The notes beneath the pieces are model-generated. The model searched no databases, was not told the origin of the DNA, and saw only the letters and a list, made by a program, of their open reading frames with translations. Shown here piece after piece: positions 11,684-22,191 of a stretch of 64,000 bases of DNA. The number at the start of each line of letters is the position of its first letter. The stretch's first letter is position 1. The stretch spans positions 2,786 through 66,785 of the forward strand of contig JAKADL010000001.1 in NCBI GenBank assembly GCA_021820565.1, written 5' to 3'. Position numbers and translations under genes: made by a program. This DNA is from Thermoplasmata archaeon (GTDB lineage: Archaea > Thermoplasmatota > Thermoplasmata > Thermoplasmatales > Thermoplasmataceae).

Positions 11684-12689
11684 TATCAGTCTTAAGAAGT
11701 ATTCCGGTTTGGAAGCCACAATGTGTGCAGCTACCATCGGAGTTCAGATTTATTATGGTTGAATCAAAACCATGCCTTTGAATTAAGAGTGCTCCACATC
11801 CAGGGCAGTATGTATTTTCATAATTTTCTTCCCGGACATTGCCCAGATAAACATAATGCATACCCATGGATTTGGCAAGGTTATAATGTTTTTTCAATGT
11901 TTCGAGGGGCGTATAGGGCAGGGATAATTTGTAATCAGGGTGATATCTAAGAAAACTTACGGGCATGTATTCCCCACCGATATCCTTTATTTTTGCTATC
12001 ATCTTTTCCGCAGCATCAAGATTGTCTCCGATCTCTGGTATAACAAGATCAGTGATTTCTGTATGGATCCCGTGATTCAGTGCAGATTCTATGGTTTTAT
12101 ATATCAAATCCGGGTGCATTACGGATATATATCGGTTATAGAATTTTTCCTCTGCGTTTCCCTTGAAATCAATGGTCATAGCATCCAGAAATTCAGCTGC
12201 CATTTCCATGGATTCTGGAGTTTCGTAACCATTGGTTACAAATATGTTGAATAACCCCTGTTTATGAGCCAGGATTCCCACATCATGTGCAAATTCCATG
12301 AAAATTGTGGGTTCATTATATGTATACGCTATACCGTCCACCTGCAATTTTCTGGCTATTTTAATTATTTTTTCAGGTGTCATGTATTCACCTTCAACGG
12401 TTTTTCTCTGGCTCATTTCATAATTCTGACAGTATTTGCATGCAAAATTGCATCCTGAAGTTCCAAAGGAAAGTATTCTTGAACCGGGATACATATGCAG
12501 AACAGGCTTTTTCTCAATAGGGTCTACATTATAGCCGGATGGATAATTATAAACATCAAGATTCAGAACCCCGTTTTTGAATGTCCTGACCCCGCAGAAG
12601 CCACTCTGGCCTTCCCTCAGGTAACAGTATCTTTCACAGGCTGTGCACCGTATTCTGTCGCCCTTTTTTTCATATAAACTGGCTTCCAT
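11673..12689 (-). CDS. amrS: AmmeMemoRadiSam system radical SAM enzyme
   Basis: CTACERYC...GFCGVR, DPIEKKP, GCNFACKYCQN, AYTYNEPT and C-terminal CPGCG. Confidence 0.93.
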   Translation of the reverse strand: MEASLYEKKGDRIRCTACERYCYLREGQSGFCGVRTFKNGVLNLDVYNYPSGYNVDPIEKKPVLHMYPGSRILSFGTSGCNFACKYCQNYEMSQRKTVEGEYMTPEKIIKIARKLQVDGIAYTYNEPTIFMEFAHDVGILAHKQGLFNIFVTNGYETPESMEMAAEFLDAMTIDFKGNAEEKFYNRYISVMHPDLIYKTIESALNHGIHTEITDLVIPEIGDNLDAAEKMIAKIKDIGGEYMPVSFLRYHPDYKLSLPYTPLETLKKHYNLAKSMGMHYVYLGNVREENYENTYCPGCGALLIQRHGFDSTIINLNSDGSCTHCGFQTGILLKTDIIQ

Positions 12690-12763
12690 ATATATTTAAT
12701 CGCATTACAGATATTTATACTATATCAATTTCTCCGGAAATTATAATTTCATGTCCGGAATTA

Positions 12764-13579
12764 TTATTTATATGCTATCATAGATGCATACCCTACGACC
12801 CTATCACGATCTGTCCCATAATCCCCGGAATTGCTGTGATTCAAAAGTGCTATTTTCCCTTTCATCTGACGGGTTACCATCATAAGTACAGCTATGGCTC
12901 CGTAACCGCAGGCAGATATGCCATATTTCTTTATATCTTCATAATATTTTCCTACATGCAGTTCCTCAATATCCCTTATTATTATATTATCAAGCTCGTT
13001 GTTTCTATTATACCCATTATAATGGTTGAGATCTGAACTTATGAGCAGGATTGGCTTTTCCTCCAGTGTCTCTATAGTTTCTGCTATATTTCGCGACATA
13101 GCCTGACTCTGATTGCCCAGAACCATGGGTGAAAATGTGAAATTATTGTTAAAAATATACTGGAGAAACGGGATCTGAACCTCAATGGAGTGCTCTATCA
13201 TATGTGCCTCTTTATCATCCCTTATAATGTTGGACTTTAAAAGAATTTTACTTGAAAGTTCAGAGTTTACTTTTGCATATCCCATGGGTGTGTTCCAGTA
13301 GCCGTCCGGGTAAATAGCAGGATAGGAAGGATATCCTGAATGATTTGGCCCTATAATTAAAAAATCCCTTTTTTTGGAATTTTTTATTATGCTGTAGGCA
13401 TACGCAGCTGTCCTGCCTGAATATATATAACCTGCATGTGGAACAATGGCCCCGATTAGTTTTTTATAGGTTAAGTCCGGAGTAGTTATATCCAAATAAC
13501 TTTTTATATCATTCTTTAGTTTTTCATAATCGTCCGGGTAGAATGCACCGGAGACATAGGCTTCCCTGGTATTATCCAT
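12764..13579 (-). CDS. amrB: AmmeMemoRadiSam system protein B (MEMO1 family)
   Basis: GAFYP, VPHAGYIYSG, GPNH, EHSIEVQIPFLQ, SSDLNHY and VVGYAS motifs. Confidence 0.94.
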   Translation of the reverse strand: MDNTREAYVSGAFYPDDYEKLKNDIKSYLDITTPDLTYKKLIGAIVPHAGYIYSGRTAAYAYSIIKNSKKRDFLIIGPNHSGYPSYPAIYPDGYWNTPMGYAKVNSELSSKILLKSNIIRDDKEAHMIEHSIEVQIPFLQYIFNNNFTFSPMVLGNQSQAMSRNIAETIETLEEKPILLISSDLNHYNGYNRNNELDNIIIRDIEELHVGKYYEDIKKYGISACGYGAIAVLMMVTRQMKGKIALLNHSNSGDYGTDRDRVVGYASMIAYK

Positions 13580-13756
13580 ATAAAAGGATTACTATGCTTT
13601 ATATAAAGTTTATATAAAAGTTTCAAAAATAATGTTAAAACATTATTTTTCTTAATAAATAATTTTCAATATACTTTTTGAATAGTCATACAGTTCATGA
13701 ATGATACGATCCATATACTAAAAATCTATATATCTGAATGATTGATATATCTTATT

Positions 13757-14302
13757 ATGTTACAGGATGAGTTCATTGAAAATTTAAATGATGCAGATGG
13801 AAAAACACTGATAGACATTGCAAGAAATGCCATAACCGGTGATGATAAACCGATAGATAACATTCCTGAAAAACTGGAAAACAGGGCAGGGGCTTTTGTC
13901 ACCCTGACCGAGAATAATAGGTTAAGGGGGTGCATAGGTTATCTGAAGCCCGTGATGCCACTGGTAAAGGCTGTGGAGAAAGCAGCATGGAATGCAGCAT
14001 ACAGAGACCCCAGGTTTGATCCCATGAATAATGATGAGATCAATAGAATTTCTATAGAGGTCACAGTAATAGGTGAATTGAAAGAGGTAGAATATAAAGA
14101 TATACGGTTAGCCGTTCCGGGAAAATACGGTGTTTATATAGAAAATGGAATATATTCAGGCACACTGCTTCCACAGGTTGCGGTAGAGAATAATTTAACC
14201 ATGGATGAATTCATAATGGAAACATGCATAAAGGCTGGCATGAAAAAAGATTGTTACAAAAATTCTTCAATCTATGCTTACAGTGCGAAAATATTTCACT
14301 GA
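13757..14302 (+). CDS. amrA: AmmeMemoRadiSam system protein A (AMMECR1 family)
   Basis: GAFVTL...LRGCIG, DPRF, LLPQVA and KAG motifs. Confidence 0.93.
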   Translation: MLQDEFIENLNDADGKTLIDIARNAITGDDKPIDNIPEKLENRAGAFVTLTENNRLRGCIGYLKPVMPLVKAVEKAAWNAAYRDPRFDPMNNDEINRISIEVTVIGELKEVEYKDIRLAVPGKYGVYIENGIYSGTLLPQVAVENNLTMDEFIMETCIKAGMKKDCYKNSSIYAYSAKIFH

Positions 14303-14324
14303 TAATTATAAAAATATATTTAAC

Positions 14325-15320
14325 TTATATAAAATTTATTTTTTCAGAGTAAACATGATCGGTAAGCTTTCTGAGTTCTTCTGTGCCGTAGAATATGGAT
14401 TTCATCACAATGGCGTCCCTGTAAAACTTCTCAACACCGAAATCCTTGAAATACCCGTATCCACCGTGAGTATTTACAGAATATCTTGCAATTTCCACTA
14501 GGTGCTCCATGGCAAAGTTAAATGTGTAATATGGGTCTACCTTGCCATAAAGTGAATTTCTCAAAATTACCTCTGTGGACCTGAACCTTGCCAGCCTGAA
14601 AGAAACCGGTTCGAAATCCCTGAGCTGGCTGCCGAATGCCTTTCTTACATTTGTATAGTCTATAGCCTTCTGCAGTGCACTGGCTATCATGCCCAGTGCG
14701 ATTGCTGATGCGGGACCGTATGCTTTTTCCATTATTTCTGACAATCTGTTGCTTTTATCGAGAACCTGAACACTGTTATCAAGGAATAGGTCACCAAACT
14801 TCAATCCGCGGAAGCCCATGAAATCCCTGGACTCCGATTTAAAGGGTCCTGAAACAAGGGATGTACCATCATTGAATACGACGAGTTTATCGGCATCTGT
14901 TCCAAGTATGTTTTTCAGTGTGCCCTTGATCTTTCCTGAAACAGATTCATTACCAGTTTTTTTATTGATAAAATCTACCGCAATATTAATTTTTCCCGTT
15001 GATGCATCCTTCAATGTTTCTTCTGCTGCAGTACCATTAACAGCCGGATAGTACATAGAGTTTAAGACAAATATTCTCATTGCCACCGTGGGGGAATATT
15101 TTGCAATTTCCTCAAGAATAATTTCGTAAGATGTTTCATCCAGTCCCGATCCGGAGTACTTATCGGGTATTGCACACCCAAGGAATCCCTGTTCCGCCAA
15201 GAGTTGTGTTAATTTCTTATCGATTCCATCTGTTTCTATTTTCTTTTCATCAAGGTTTTTTTCACAGAATTCTGCTACAGTTTCCCTGAGTATATTGTTT
15301 TCCTCTTCCATTTTATTCAC
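14325..15320 (-). CDS. Acyl-CoA dehydrogenase family protein (divergent, short)
   Basis: YSGSG, RKAFG and HGGYGY...VEKFYRDA present; lacks the TEPxxGSD and IxEGT motifs. Confidence 0.85.
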   Translation of the reverse strand: MNKMEEENNILRETVAEFCEKNLDEKKIETDGIDKKLTQLLAEQGFLGCAIPDKYSGSGLDETSYEIILEEIAKYSPTVAMRIFVLNSMYYPAVNGTAAEETLKDASTGKINIAVDFINKKTGNESVSGKIKGTLKNILGTDADKLVVFNDGTSLVSGPFKSESRDFMGFRGLKFGDLFLDNSVQVLDKSNRLSEIMEKAYGPASAIALGMIASALQKAIDYTNVRKAFGSQLRDFEPVSFRLARFRSTEVILRNSLYGKVDPYYTFNFAMEHLVEIARYSVNTHGGYGYFKDFGVEKFYRDAIVMKSIFYGTEELRKLTDHVYSEKINFI

Positions 15321-16392
15321 CTTTCAATATGTATCTAGCAATAACGAGTTTCTCAATTTCACTTGTACCTTCCCAGATTTCCATAATTTTTGCGTTCCTG
15401 AATATCCTCTGGACGTCTTCATACAGTGACCGGTCTCCGAGGATTTCCATTGCCTCCTCAGCTGCAAAAACTGCAGTTTCACTGCTATAAGCCTTTGCCA
15501 TGCTTGTGAGTTCAGGTTTTGGCTTGAATTCAAACAGATAGGATGCTGCATTGTATGTCATCTGGATGGAAGCCTCTATTCTTGTTCCCACATCAGAAAG
15601 CTGGAACATAGAATCCTCGTCCTTGATATTGTTCTCCTTTATGTAAGATTTAATTTTATCAAAAGCCCCCCTGGCTATGCCGATGGACTGCGCTGCAACA
15701 TAAATTCTGCTGATATTGAAGAACATCATAATATAGTAAAAACCCTTGCCCTCTTCACCTATAAGGTCATCCTCGGACAGTTCAATGTTGTTGAATTGAA
15801 GTTCGGCGGTGTTTGTTGCCCTTACTCCGAGCTTGTCCTCCAGTTTTGTTGCACTGAAACCCTTTGATTTGGTGTTCAGAAGAAATGTACTGAGGCCGTG
15901 GTGTGGATTTGAATCCTCTGATGTTCTTGCCAGTATGACCAGATAATCTGCTATTGCACCGTTGGTTATGAACATCTTTGAACCGTTGAGTATGTATTTA
16001 TTGCCCTGCTTTTTGGCGGTAGTTTTCAGGGCTGCAACATCACTTCCACCCGATGGTTCTGTTACACCAAGCCCCAGTATATACTTCCCACGATATACAT
16101 CGTTCAGGATTTCCTTCTGCTTATCATTGCCGAATAGCATGATAACCTCACTGCCGAAATATGGTGTCGTAAGTGCTATGCCGAGGCCAGCATCCACCCT
16201 ACAGAGCTCCTCTATGGCTATCAGTACCTTGGCAGGATTCTGCATATCTACTATCCCTAGTGATAATGATTTTTTCCTAAGATAGTCAGGATATGATTCC
16301 TTTCTATCGTACTCAGCAGCAACCTCTTCTGTAAATTCTTTCAGGGCAAACTCCCTGATTTTGTTTCTGTAATCATCCAGTTCTTCAAACAT
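15313..16392 (-). CDS. Acyl-CoA dehydrogenase
   Basis: TEPSGGSD, LNGSKMFITNG, KLGVRA and EIWEGTSEI motifs. Confidence 0.93.
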   Translation of the reverse strand: MFEELDDYRNKIREFALKEFTEEVAAEYDRKESYPDYLRKKSLSLGIVDMQNPAKVLIAIEELCRVDAGLGIALTTPYFGSEVIMLFGNDKQKEILNDVYRGKYILGLGVTEPSGGSDVAALKTTAKKQGNKYILNGSKMFITNGAIADYLVILARTSEDSNPHHGLSTFLLNTKSKGFSATKLEDKLGVRATNTAELQFNNIELSEDDLIGEEGKGFYYIMMFFNISRIYVAAQSIGIARGAFDKIKSYIKENNIKDEDSMFQLSDVGTRIEASIQMTYNAASYLFEFKPKPELTSMAKAYSSETAVFAAEEAMEILGDRSLYEDVQRIFRNAKIMEIWEGTSEIEKLVIARYILKGE

Positions 16393-17577
16393 TTAAACAC
16401 GCTCCAGTAACATTGAATATCCCTGGCCGCCACCAACACATAATGTGGCTATTCCAAGAGTTTTCTTTTTGGCCTGTAAGGTTCTTCCCAGGGTACCTGC
16501 AAGCCTCGCGCCCGTGGCACCAAGAGGATGCCCTACTGATATGCCACCACCATGTATATTCACCCTTTCAAGATCAAGGTTGAATGCATGTACTGCGTTG
16601 AGAACCACAACAGCAAAGGCCTCGTTTATTTCCCAGTAATCGATATCATCCGGGGAAAGTTTGTTTCTTTGCAGTACCTTCTCTGTTGCTGGAACCGGAC
16701 CGGCACCCATTATTGTGGGATCAACACCAGCTGCGGCAAAATCAACTATTCTTGCAAGTGGTTTCATTCCGTATTCTTTAACCTTTGATCCGGACATTAA
16801 CATTACCATTGATGCTCCATCATTAAGAGATGATGAATTGGCTGCGGTTATTACTCCATTTTCCGCGAATGCCGGCCTCAATGATTTGATCTGTTCAAGG
16901 GAAACATCCTTTCTTATCCCCAGATCTTTATCTATGGTAGTGCCGTTAACCGTAACAGGCATGAGTTCGCCTTTCATGAAACCATCTTCGTATGCTTTTT
17001 CTGCCCTCTTGTGTGAGTTGTAGGAATATTCATCCATTTCATCTCGGGATATTTTCCTCAAACCTGCAAGTTTTTCTGCTGTCAACCCCATGTTATATGA
17101 TACATTCATATTGAATTTGGCATATTTTGGATTGACCATGAGTTCCATATTTGGCTTTATAAACGGATTATCTATTCCCAGTGGCACATGGGTCATGTGC
17201 TCCATTCCACCAGCAATGGTAATGCCTGCCCTTCCAGTCATAATTTCCATGGATGCAATTGCTGTTGCATTCAATGAAGATGAGCATGCCCGATCCATGG
17301 ACATGGCAGGCACGGATACCGGTAAATCAGCCAGCAGCACTGGGTGTCTTCCACCGTATGTCCAGTTTTCACCTGCCTGAAAGGCGCAACCGGTTATTAC
17401 ATCCTCGATTTCAGCTGGATTGATTTTCGTCTCCTTGACAGAGAGCTTAATCAGTTCTGACAGCATTTTATCCATTCTTAAATCATTATACACATCCTTT
17501 TCCGGTTCCCTGGGCCGTGCCCTTGAGAACGGTATTCTCCTGTAGTCTACTATATAAACTTCTTCCATATTATTCAC
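16393..17577 (-). CDS. Acetyl-CoA C-acyltransferase (thiolase)
   Basis: RACSSS, NEAFA, GHPLGATG and LCVGGGQG motifs. Confidence 0.96.
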   Translation of the reverse strand: MNNMEEVYIVDYRRIPFSRARPREPEKDVYNDLRMDKMLSELIKLSVKETKINPAEIEDVITGCAFQAGENWTYGGRHPVLLADLPVSVPAMSMDRACSSSLNATAIASMEIMTGRAGITIAGGMEHMTHVPLGIDNPFIKPNMELMVNPKYAKFNMNVSYNMGLTAEKLAGLRKISRDEMDEYSYNSHKRAEKAYEDGFMKGELMPVTVNGTTIDKDLGIRKDVSLEQIKSLRPAFAENGVITAANSSSLNDGASMVMLMSGSKVKEYGMKPLARIVDFAAAGVDPTIMGAGPVPATEKVLQRNKLSPDDIDYWEINEAFAVVVLNAVHAFNLDLERVNIHGGGISVGHPLGATGARLAGTLGRTLQAKKKTLGIATLCVGGGQGYSMLLERV

Positions 17578-19151
17578 TCCAACTTTTTCCTCAGAACCAC
17601 TTTATTTATCTTTCCGGTTCCTGTTTTTTCAAATTCATCCACAAATATGTAATCATCGGGTAGCCAGAATTTGGCTATTCTTCCTGTGTCAACATATTCT
17701 TTCATTACTTTTTCTATTGCTTCCCTGCTTGCGGTTCCCTTTATGAAGGCAACAGGGCGCTCTCCCCATTTTTCATCCGCCTTTTTTGTAACTGCAACCT
17801 CACCGACACCTGGTACCGTGCTGATAAGATCCTCCAGTACCATGGATGGAATGAATTCTCCACCGGACTTTACCGCATCGCTCTCCCTGTCTACGATTTT
17901 AATATATCCATATTCATCCATGGTTGCAAGATCGCCAGTATGAAGCCAGCCATCCTTCCATAGTTTTGCAGTTTTTTCCGGGTCTTTTATGTATCCTTCC
18001 GTAAGCCATGGAGCCTGAACTATTATTTCACCGATTTCTTTATTGTTTTTCTCAACGTCTTTTCCACCGGATGCAACACGCAGATTGACAAATGGTATGG
18101 GTATTCCTGTTTTTCTTCTGTATTCCTGCTTCTTTTCGCTGTCAAATTCCATAACGGCATTACTATAACTTGCCAGTGTCAGTATAGGACCTGTTTCGGA
18201 CATGCCATAACCGGTTATAACGGTCATGCCGAGGGATTCGGCAGTTTTAGCCAGACCTTCATTGAGTGCTGCACCGCCTATAATAGTTGTCAATTTCAGT
18301 TTCCCCATCACTTCCGGTCCACGTTTTGCCTGCAACAGCAGGTAAAGTATTGAAGGTACCATTGCAGAATTTGTAACCTTTTCTTTTTCCATTGTTCCCA
18401 CTATTCTATCCCATTCATACTTTCCCGGAAGAACATATTTTATCCCCCGCATGATAGTGAAATATGGGATTCCCCATGCATGAACATGGAACATGGGAAC
18501 AAGCGGAAGCATAACAGCCGTCCTTTTAAAAGATATCGGTTCATCCGCCAAAGCCACAGATGATGCCAGGCTATGGAGTACAAGTTGTTTATGTGAATAG
18601 TAAACGCCCTTGGGAAGTCCGGTGGTTCCGGAGGTATAGAAAAGAGTTGCCATGCTATTTTCATCCGGCTGTCTCTCCTTATATTCTGCATCCTTCAGGA
18701 GGTCATCGACGAAATATACGTTCCTGAGATCATATTTATCATGGCCTTTTTCTGAATACACGATAAATCCCTTGATAAAATCAAACATATCCTTGTACTG
18801 GAGAATCAGTGGCATGAAATCGGCATTCACTACAAGATATGAATCCTCCGAATTTTTTATTGTATAGTATAGTATCTCCGATGGATATCTGATATTAACC
18901 ATATGAATTACCGCGCCTATCATGGGGATTGAGTAATAACAATAGAGATAATTTATGGTATCATAATCCAGAACAGCTATTCTATCCCCCGGCTTCACAC
19001 CGATTTTCCTGAGGTTTGCCGCAAAATTTTTTACATTCTTTTCGAATGATTTGTACGTTATGGTTTTATTTCCATACACTATCTGCTGATTTCCATTAGA
19101 TCTTACGGCAGCATCCAGGAGATTGTTGATTGTCAGCTTAAAGTCTACCAT
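17574..19151 (-). CDS. Fatty-acid--CoA ligase (AMP-binding)
   Basis: YTSGTTGLPKG, GYGMSET, WLHTGD and KTGTGK motifs. Confidence 0.94.
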   Translation of the reverse strand: MVDFKLTINNLLDAAVRSNGNQQIVYGNKTITYKSFEKNVKNFAANLRKIGVKPGDRIAVLDYDTINYLYCYYSIPMIGAVIHMVNIRYPSEILYYTIKNSEDSYLVVNADFMPLILQYKDMFDFIKGFIVYSEKGHDKYDLRNVYFVDDLLKDAEYKERQPDENSMATLFYTSGTTGLPKGVYYSHKQLVLHSLASSVALADEPISFKRTAVMLPLVPMFHVHAWGIPYFTIMRGIKYVLPGKYEWDRIVGTMEKEKVTNSAMVPSILYLLLQAKRGPEVMGKLKLTTIIGGAALNEGLAKTAESLGMTVITGYGMSETGPILTLASYSNAVMEFDSEKKQEYRRKTGIPIPFVNLRVASGGKDVEKNNKEIGEIIVQAPWLTEGYIKDPEKTAKLWKDGWLHTGDLATMDEYGYIKIVDRESDAVKSGGEFIPSMVLEDLISTVPGVGEVAVTKKADEKWGERPVAFIKGTASREAIEKVMKEYVDTGRIAKFWLPDDYIFVDEFEKTGTGKINKVVLRKKLE

Positions 19152-19362
19152 GAATTATGATAATCATTTGTATTATAAGTTTTCCCATTACAACGTTAAC
19201 CTTGTAAAAAATTACATATGAACGAATCGAAACTTCATTTCACTTTTCATACCGTCGTACTTTATAATATTTCTATAGAAGAATTATCTAAAAATTGATC
19301 CGTATCATTTAACTATAAAGTGTAAATGAAAAAGACTTTAAAGTTAAAAAATATGCATTATC

Positions 19363-21291
19363 ATGATTAAGCAGGTAGCAGTTATCGGTGCCGGTGTAAT
19401 GGGGCACAGCATAGCAGAAGTTTTTGCATTGAATGGCTATGATGTAAATCTGGAAGATTTTTATCCAGAGGTCATAGAGAAAGCAAAGAAAGGATTGAAT
19501 AATAGCCTTGATAAGCTTCTTGCCTCGAAGAAAATAGACGAGGCTGGGAAACAGGCAGCATTGGATCACATAAAATATTTTAATACTATTGAAGAGGCAG
19601 TAAAAAATGCAGATTTATCCATTGAAGTGGTTCCTGAAATATACAATATAAAGGTGAAGGTACTAAAGGAAATTGCAGACCATACAGATAAAATTGTAGC
19701 TTCCAACACATCCAATATACGAATTACGGAAATGGCAAAGGAAATAAAAAATCCCGAGAGATTTCTTGGAATGCACTTTTTCAATCCCCCTATACTTATG
19801 AAGCTTGTAGAGGTGATAAAAGGTGATAAAACATCCATGGAATATATTGAGGAAATATATGAAATATCCAAAAAAATTGGAAAAGTACCTATTAAAGTAC
19901 TGAAAGACGAAGCCGGCTTCGTTGTAAACAGAATATCAGCTCCTGAAATGCTACTTCTCTGCAATGCTTATGGAAATAAAGTGGCCAAACCGGAAGCAAT
20001 AGACAATTACTTTAAATCCCAGGGATTACCCATGGGCCCTTATCAGCTTTTTGATTATGTGGGCCTTGATACCGTCGTTGACTCCCTGAAGTATTATGGC
20101 CAGGAACTTTCCCCCGATTACAGCAATTGCCATGCCTTTGATAGCCTCATAGAAGCAAAAAAACTCGGGGCAAAAACCGGAGAGGGAATTTATAAATGGG
20201 AAAACGGAAAGGCTATCATTCCTCCTGCCGAAGAGAGTGACAAAATTAACCTGATGGATATGTTTGCCCTGGAAATAAATGAGGCAACAAAGTTGATTGA
20301 AGATAACGTTGCAACACCGGAAGACATTGAAACCGGAGTGAAATATGGGTTGAACAGGCCTTTCGGGCCGGTAACTGTGGCAAACGGGCTAAGCAACGAT
20401 GAGGTTATAGAAACGCTTGACAGGCTGCAGAAACAGTACGGTATAGAGATATTTAAGCCATCCGTGACACTGAAAGAACATAAAATGAAAGAGGTATTCA
20501 ACAAAAAATCTGTGGAAGTTAAAAAGGAAGAGAAATCGGGTATTTTAGATTACAAGATTGATGGAAAAGTCGGTATAATCACTCTGATGAATGGAAAAAA
20601 CAACCTTATGAGCTTTGAATTACTGAAAGCAATTGATCACCAGCTTGATGCCATCGAGGAAGCAAACAACGTAAATGTTGTAATAATAAAAGGTAATGAA
20701 AGAGCGTTCTCGGCCGGTGCAGACCTTTCACAGTTCATCAGCAACCCGTTCATGTTCATGAAAATAGCCAGTACAGGAGAGCATATATTTGACAGAATTA
20801 CCGGGATGAACAAGATATTCATAGCCGAACTCAATGGTTATGTACTCGGCGGAGGTTTTGAACTGGCCCTTGCGTGTGATATCAGGACCTCCGTGCCTGA
20901 TTCTACTATTGGATTCCCTGAAACATCCCTGGGTCTTATTCCTGGATATGGAGGAAGCCAGAGATTGCCTAATTTAATAGGCATATCACGTGCGATGGAC
21001 ATGATCTTATCCTGTGAAAGAATAACAGGGCAAAAAGCATATGAATATGGAATACTGACCAGGCTTTACACCGAAAATCTCGATGCAAATACGAAGGAGC
21101 TGGCTAAAAGTCTTTCAGAAAAGATATCGCCAGCTTCCGTTTATGTAGCAAAACGCCTCATATATAATACTGCAAAAATCAATCTGGACGAAGAATCGCT
21201 TTCTATGGGGATGTTATACGCGGGTAACGACCTCAAGGAAGGTGTAAAGGCATTCCTGGAAAAGAGGAAACCAGATTATAAAGGAAATTGA
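19363..21291 (+). CDS. 3-hydroxyacyl-CoA dehydrogenase / enoyl-CoA hydratase fusion
   Basis: GAGVMG, ASNTS, GMHFFNP and GFVVNR; C-terminal crotonase domain with FSAGADL, GGGFEL and FPETSLG. Confidence 0.95.
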   Translation: MIKQVAVIGAGVMGHSIAEVFALNGYDVNLEDFYPEVIEKAKKGLNNSLDKLLASKKIDEAGKQAALDHIKYFNTIEEAVKNADLSIEVVPEIYNIKVKVLKEIADHTDKIVASNTSNIRITEMAKEIKNPERFLGMHFFNPPILMKLVEVIKGDKTSMEYIEEIYEISKKIGKVPIKVLKDEAGFVVNRISAPEMLLLCNAYGNKVAKPEAIDNYFKSQGLPMGPYQLFDYVGLDTVVDSLKYYGQELSPDYSNCHAFDSLIEAKKLGAKTGEGIYKWENGKAIIPPAEESDKINLMDMFALEINEATKLIEDNVATPEDIETGVKYGLNRPFGPVTVANGLSNDEVIETLDRLQKQYGIEIFKPSVTLKEHKMKEVFNKKSVEVKKEEKSGILDYKIDGKVGIITLMNGKNNLMSFELLKAIDHQLDAIEEANNVNVVIIKGNERAFSAGADLSQFISNPFMFMKIASTGEHIFDRITGMNKIFIAELNGYVLGGGFELALACDIRTSVPDSTIGFPETSLGLIPGYGGSQRLPNLIGISRAMDMILSCERITGQKAYEYGILTRLYTENLDANTKELAKSLSEKISPASVYVAKRLIYNTAKINLDEESLSMGMLYAGNDLKEGVKAFLEKRKPDYKGN

Positions 21292-21329
21292 TTTCATTTA
21301 TAGTCCGGAACTCCTAATATTTAAATGTA

Positions 21330-21370
21330 GAAGCGGAAAGCTTCCTGCCCTGGAGTGGAGAGGATGTCGC
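21330..21370 (+). mobile_element. Possible degenerate IS200/IS605 (tnpB-type) right-end remnant
   Basis: GC-rich island GAAGCGGAAAGCTTCCTGCCCTGGAGTGGAGAGGATGTCGC in an AT-rich intergenic region; resembles the GAAGC..CCC..GGG..GAGGATGTCAC ends of archaeal IS605-family elements. No ORF. Confidence 0.3.
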
Positions 21371-21419
21371 TTTGTTTCAACATCCATAATAATTTATATT
21401 CATATTTCAATTCATATCT

Positions 21420-22184
21420 ATGTTTCTGCCTCCAAAAATCAGTAGAATTGAAACGAAAAATATGGAAATAGGTAGAAGAAGGTATATCAGGGAAATAGTT
21501 GAAAATGCCCTTTTATTTTTTAAATTTATCACAAATAAAAAAATTTATATTACCAGGATATGGTATATTGGAAATATTGCAAAAAAACCCATTCCTGCGC
21601 TCAATAGGATTGATGATAATGGTAAAACAAAATGGAATGTTTTTTATTATCAGGTTATAAATCGTTATTCCAGAATACTGTACAGTAATAAGCACAGGAA
21701 TACAGTGAAAAAAACATCCAGATTTATGGGACTTATATCACGTAATAAAAAAAGAATTCATATGGCAACTGACTTTTTGATGCCTGCAATAATTAAATCA
21801 TTTCCATTGATGTTTGAAATTTCAATGAAATATTACGAGAATTTCTCATCAGACATGGATTTTGCAACGTTTTTCACAAGAAAATTAGGAGAGACAAATA
21901 TAGACCAGGATACATGTAGCCGGTTTTTCATAGAAATAATAGGCTCGGTTGAACCCAATGCTTCATGGATAAGAAAAATGAGATCATTATCACATGAACT
22001 CTATGGGGACTCATTATTATATATGGAAAATTTTGCTATTTATATAGCATACACAATATATAGAAAATGCGAGAATAATATATCAACGACGATCACGACC
22101 ATGTACAAAAATTCACCCTCCGGTATGTGCAGGATATTAATGGAAAATGCCAAAAATATAGAAGATTATTTACCGGGCAAGTAG
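21420..22184 (+). CDS. Hypothetical protein
   Basis: 254-aa AT-rich ORF with no recognised motif. Confidence 0.55.
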   Translation: MFLPPKISRIETKNMEIGRRRYIREIVENALLFFKFITNKKIYITRIWYIGNIAKKPIPALNRIDDNGKTKWNVFYYQVINRYSRILYSNKHRNTVKKTSRFMGLISRNKKRIHMATDFLMPAIIKSFPLMFEISMKYYENFSSDMDFATFFTRKLGETNIDQDTCSRFFIEIIGSVEPNASWIRKMRSLSHELYGDSLLYMENFAIYIAYTIYRKCENNISTTITTMYKNSPSGMCRILMENAKNIEDYLPGK

Positions 22185-22191
22185 GGCTTTA

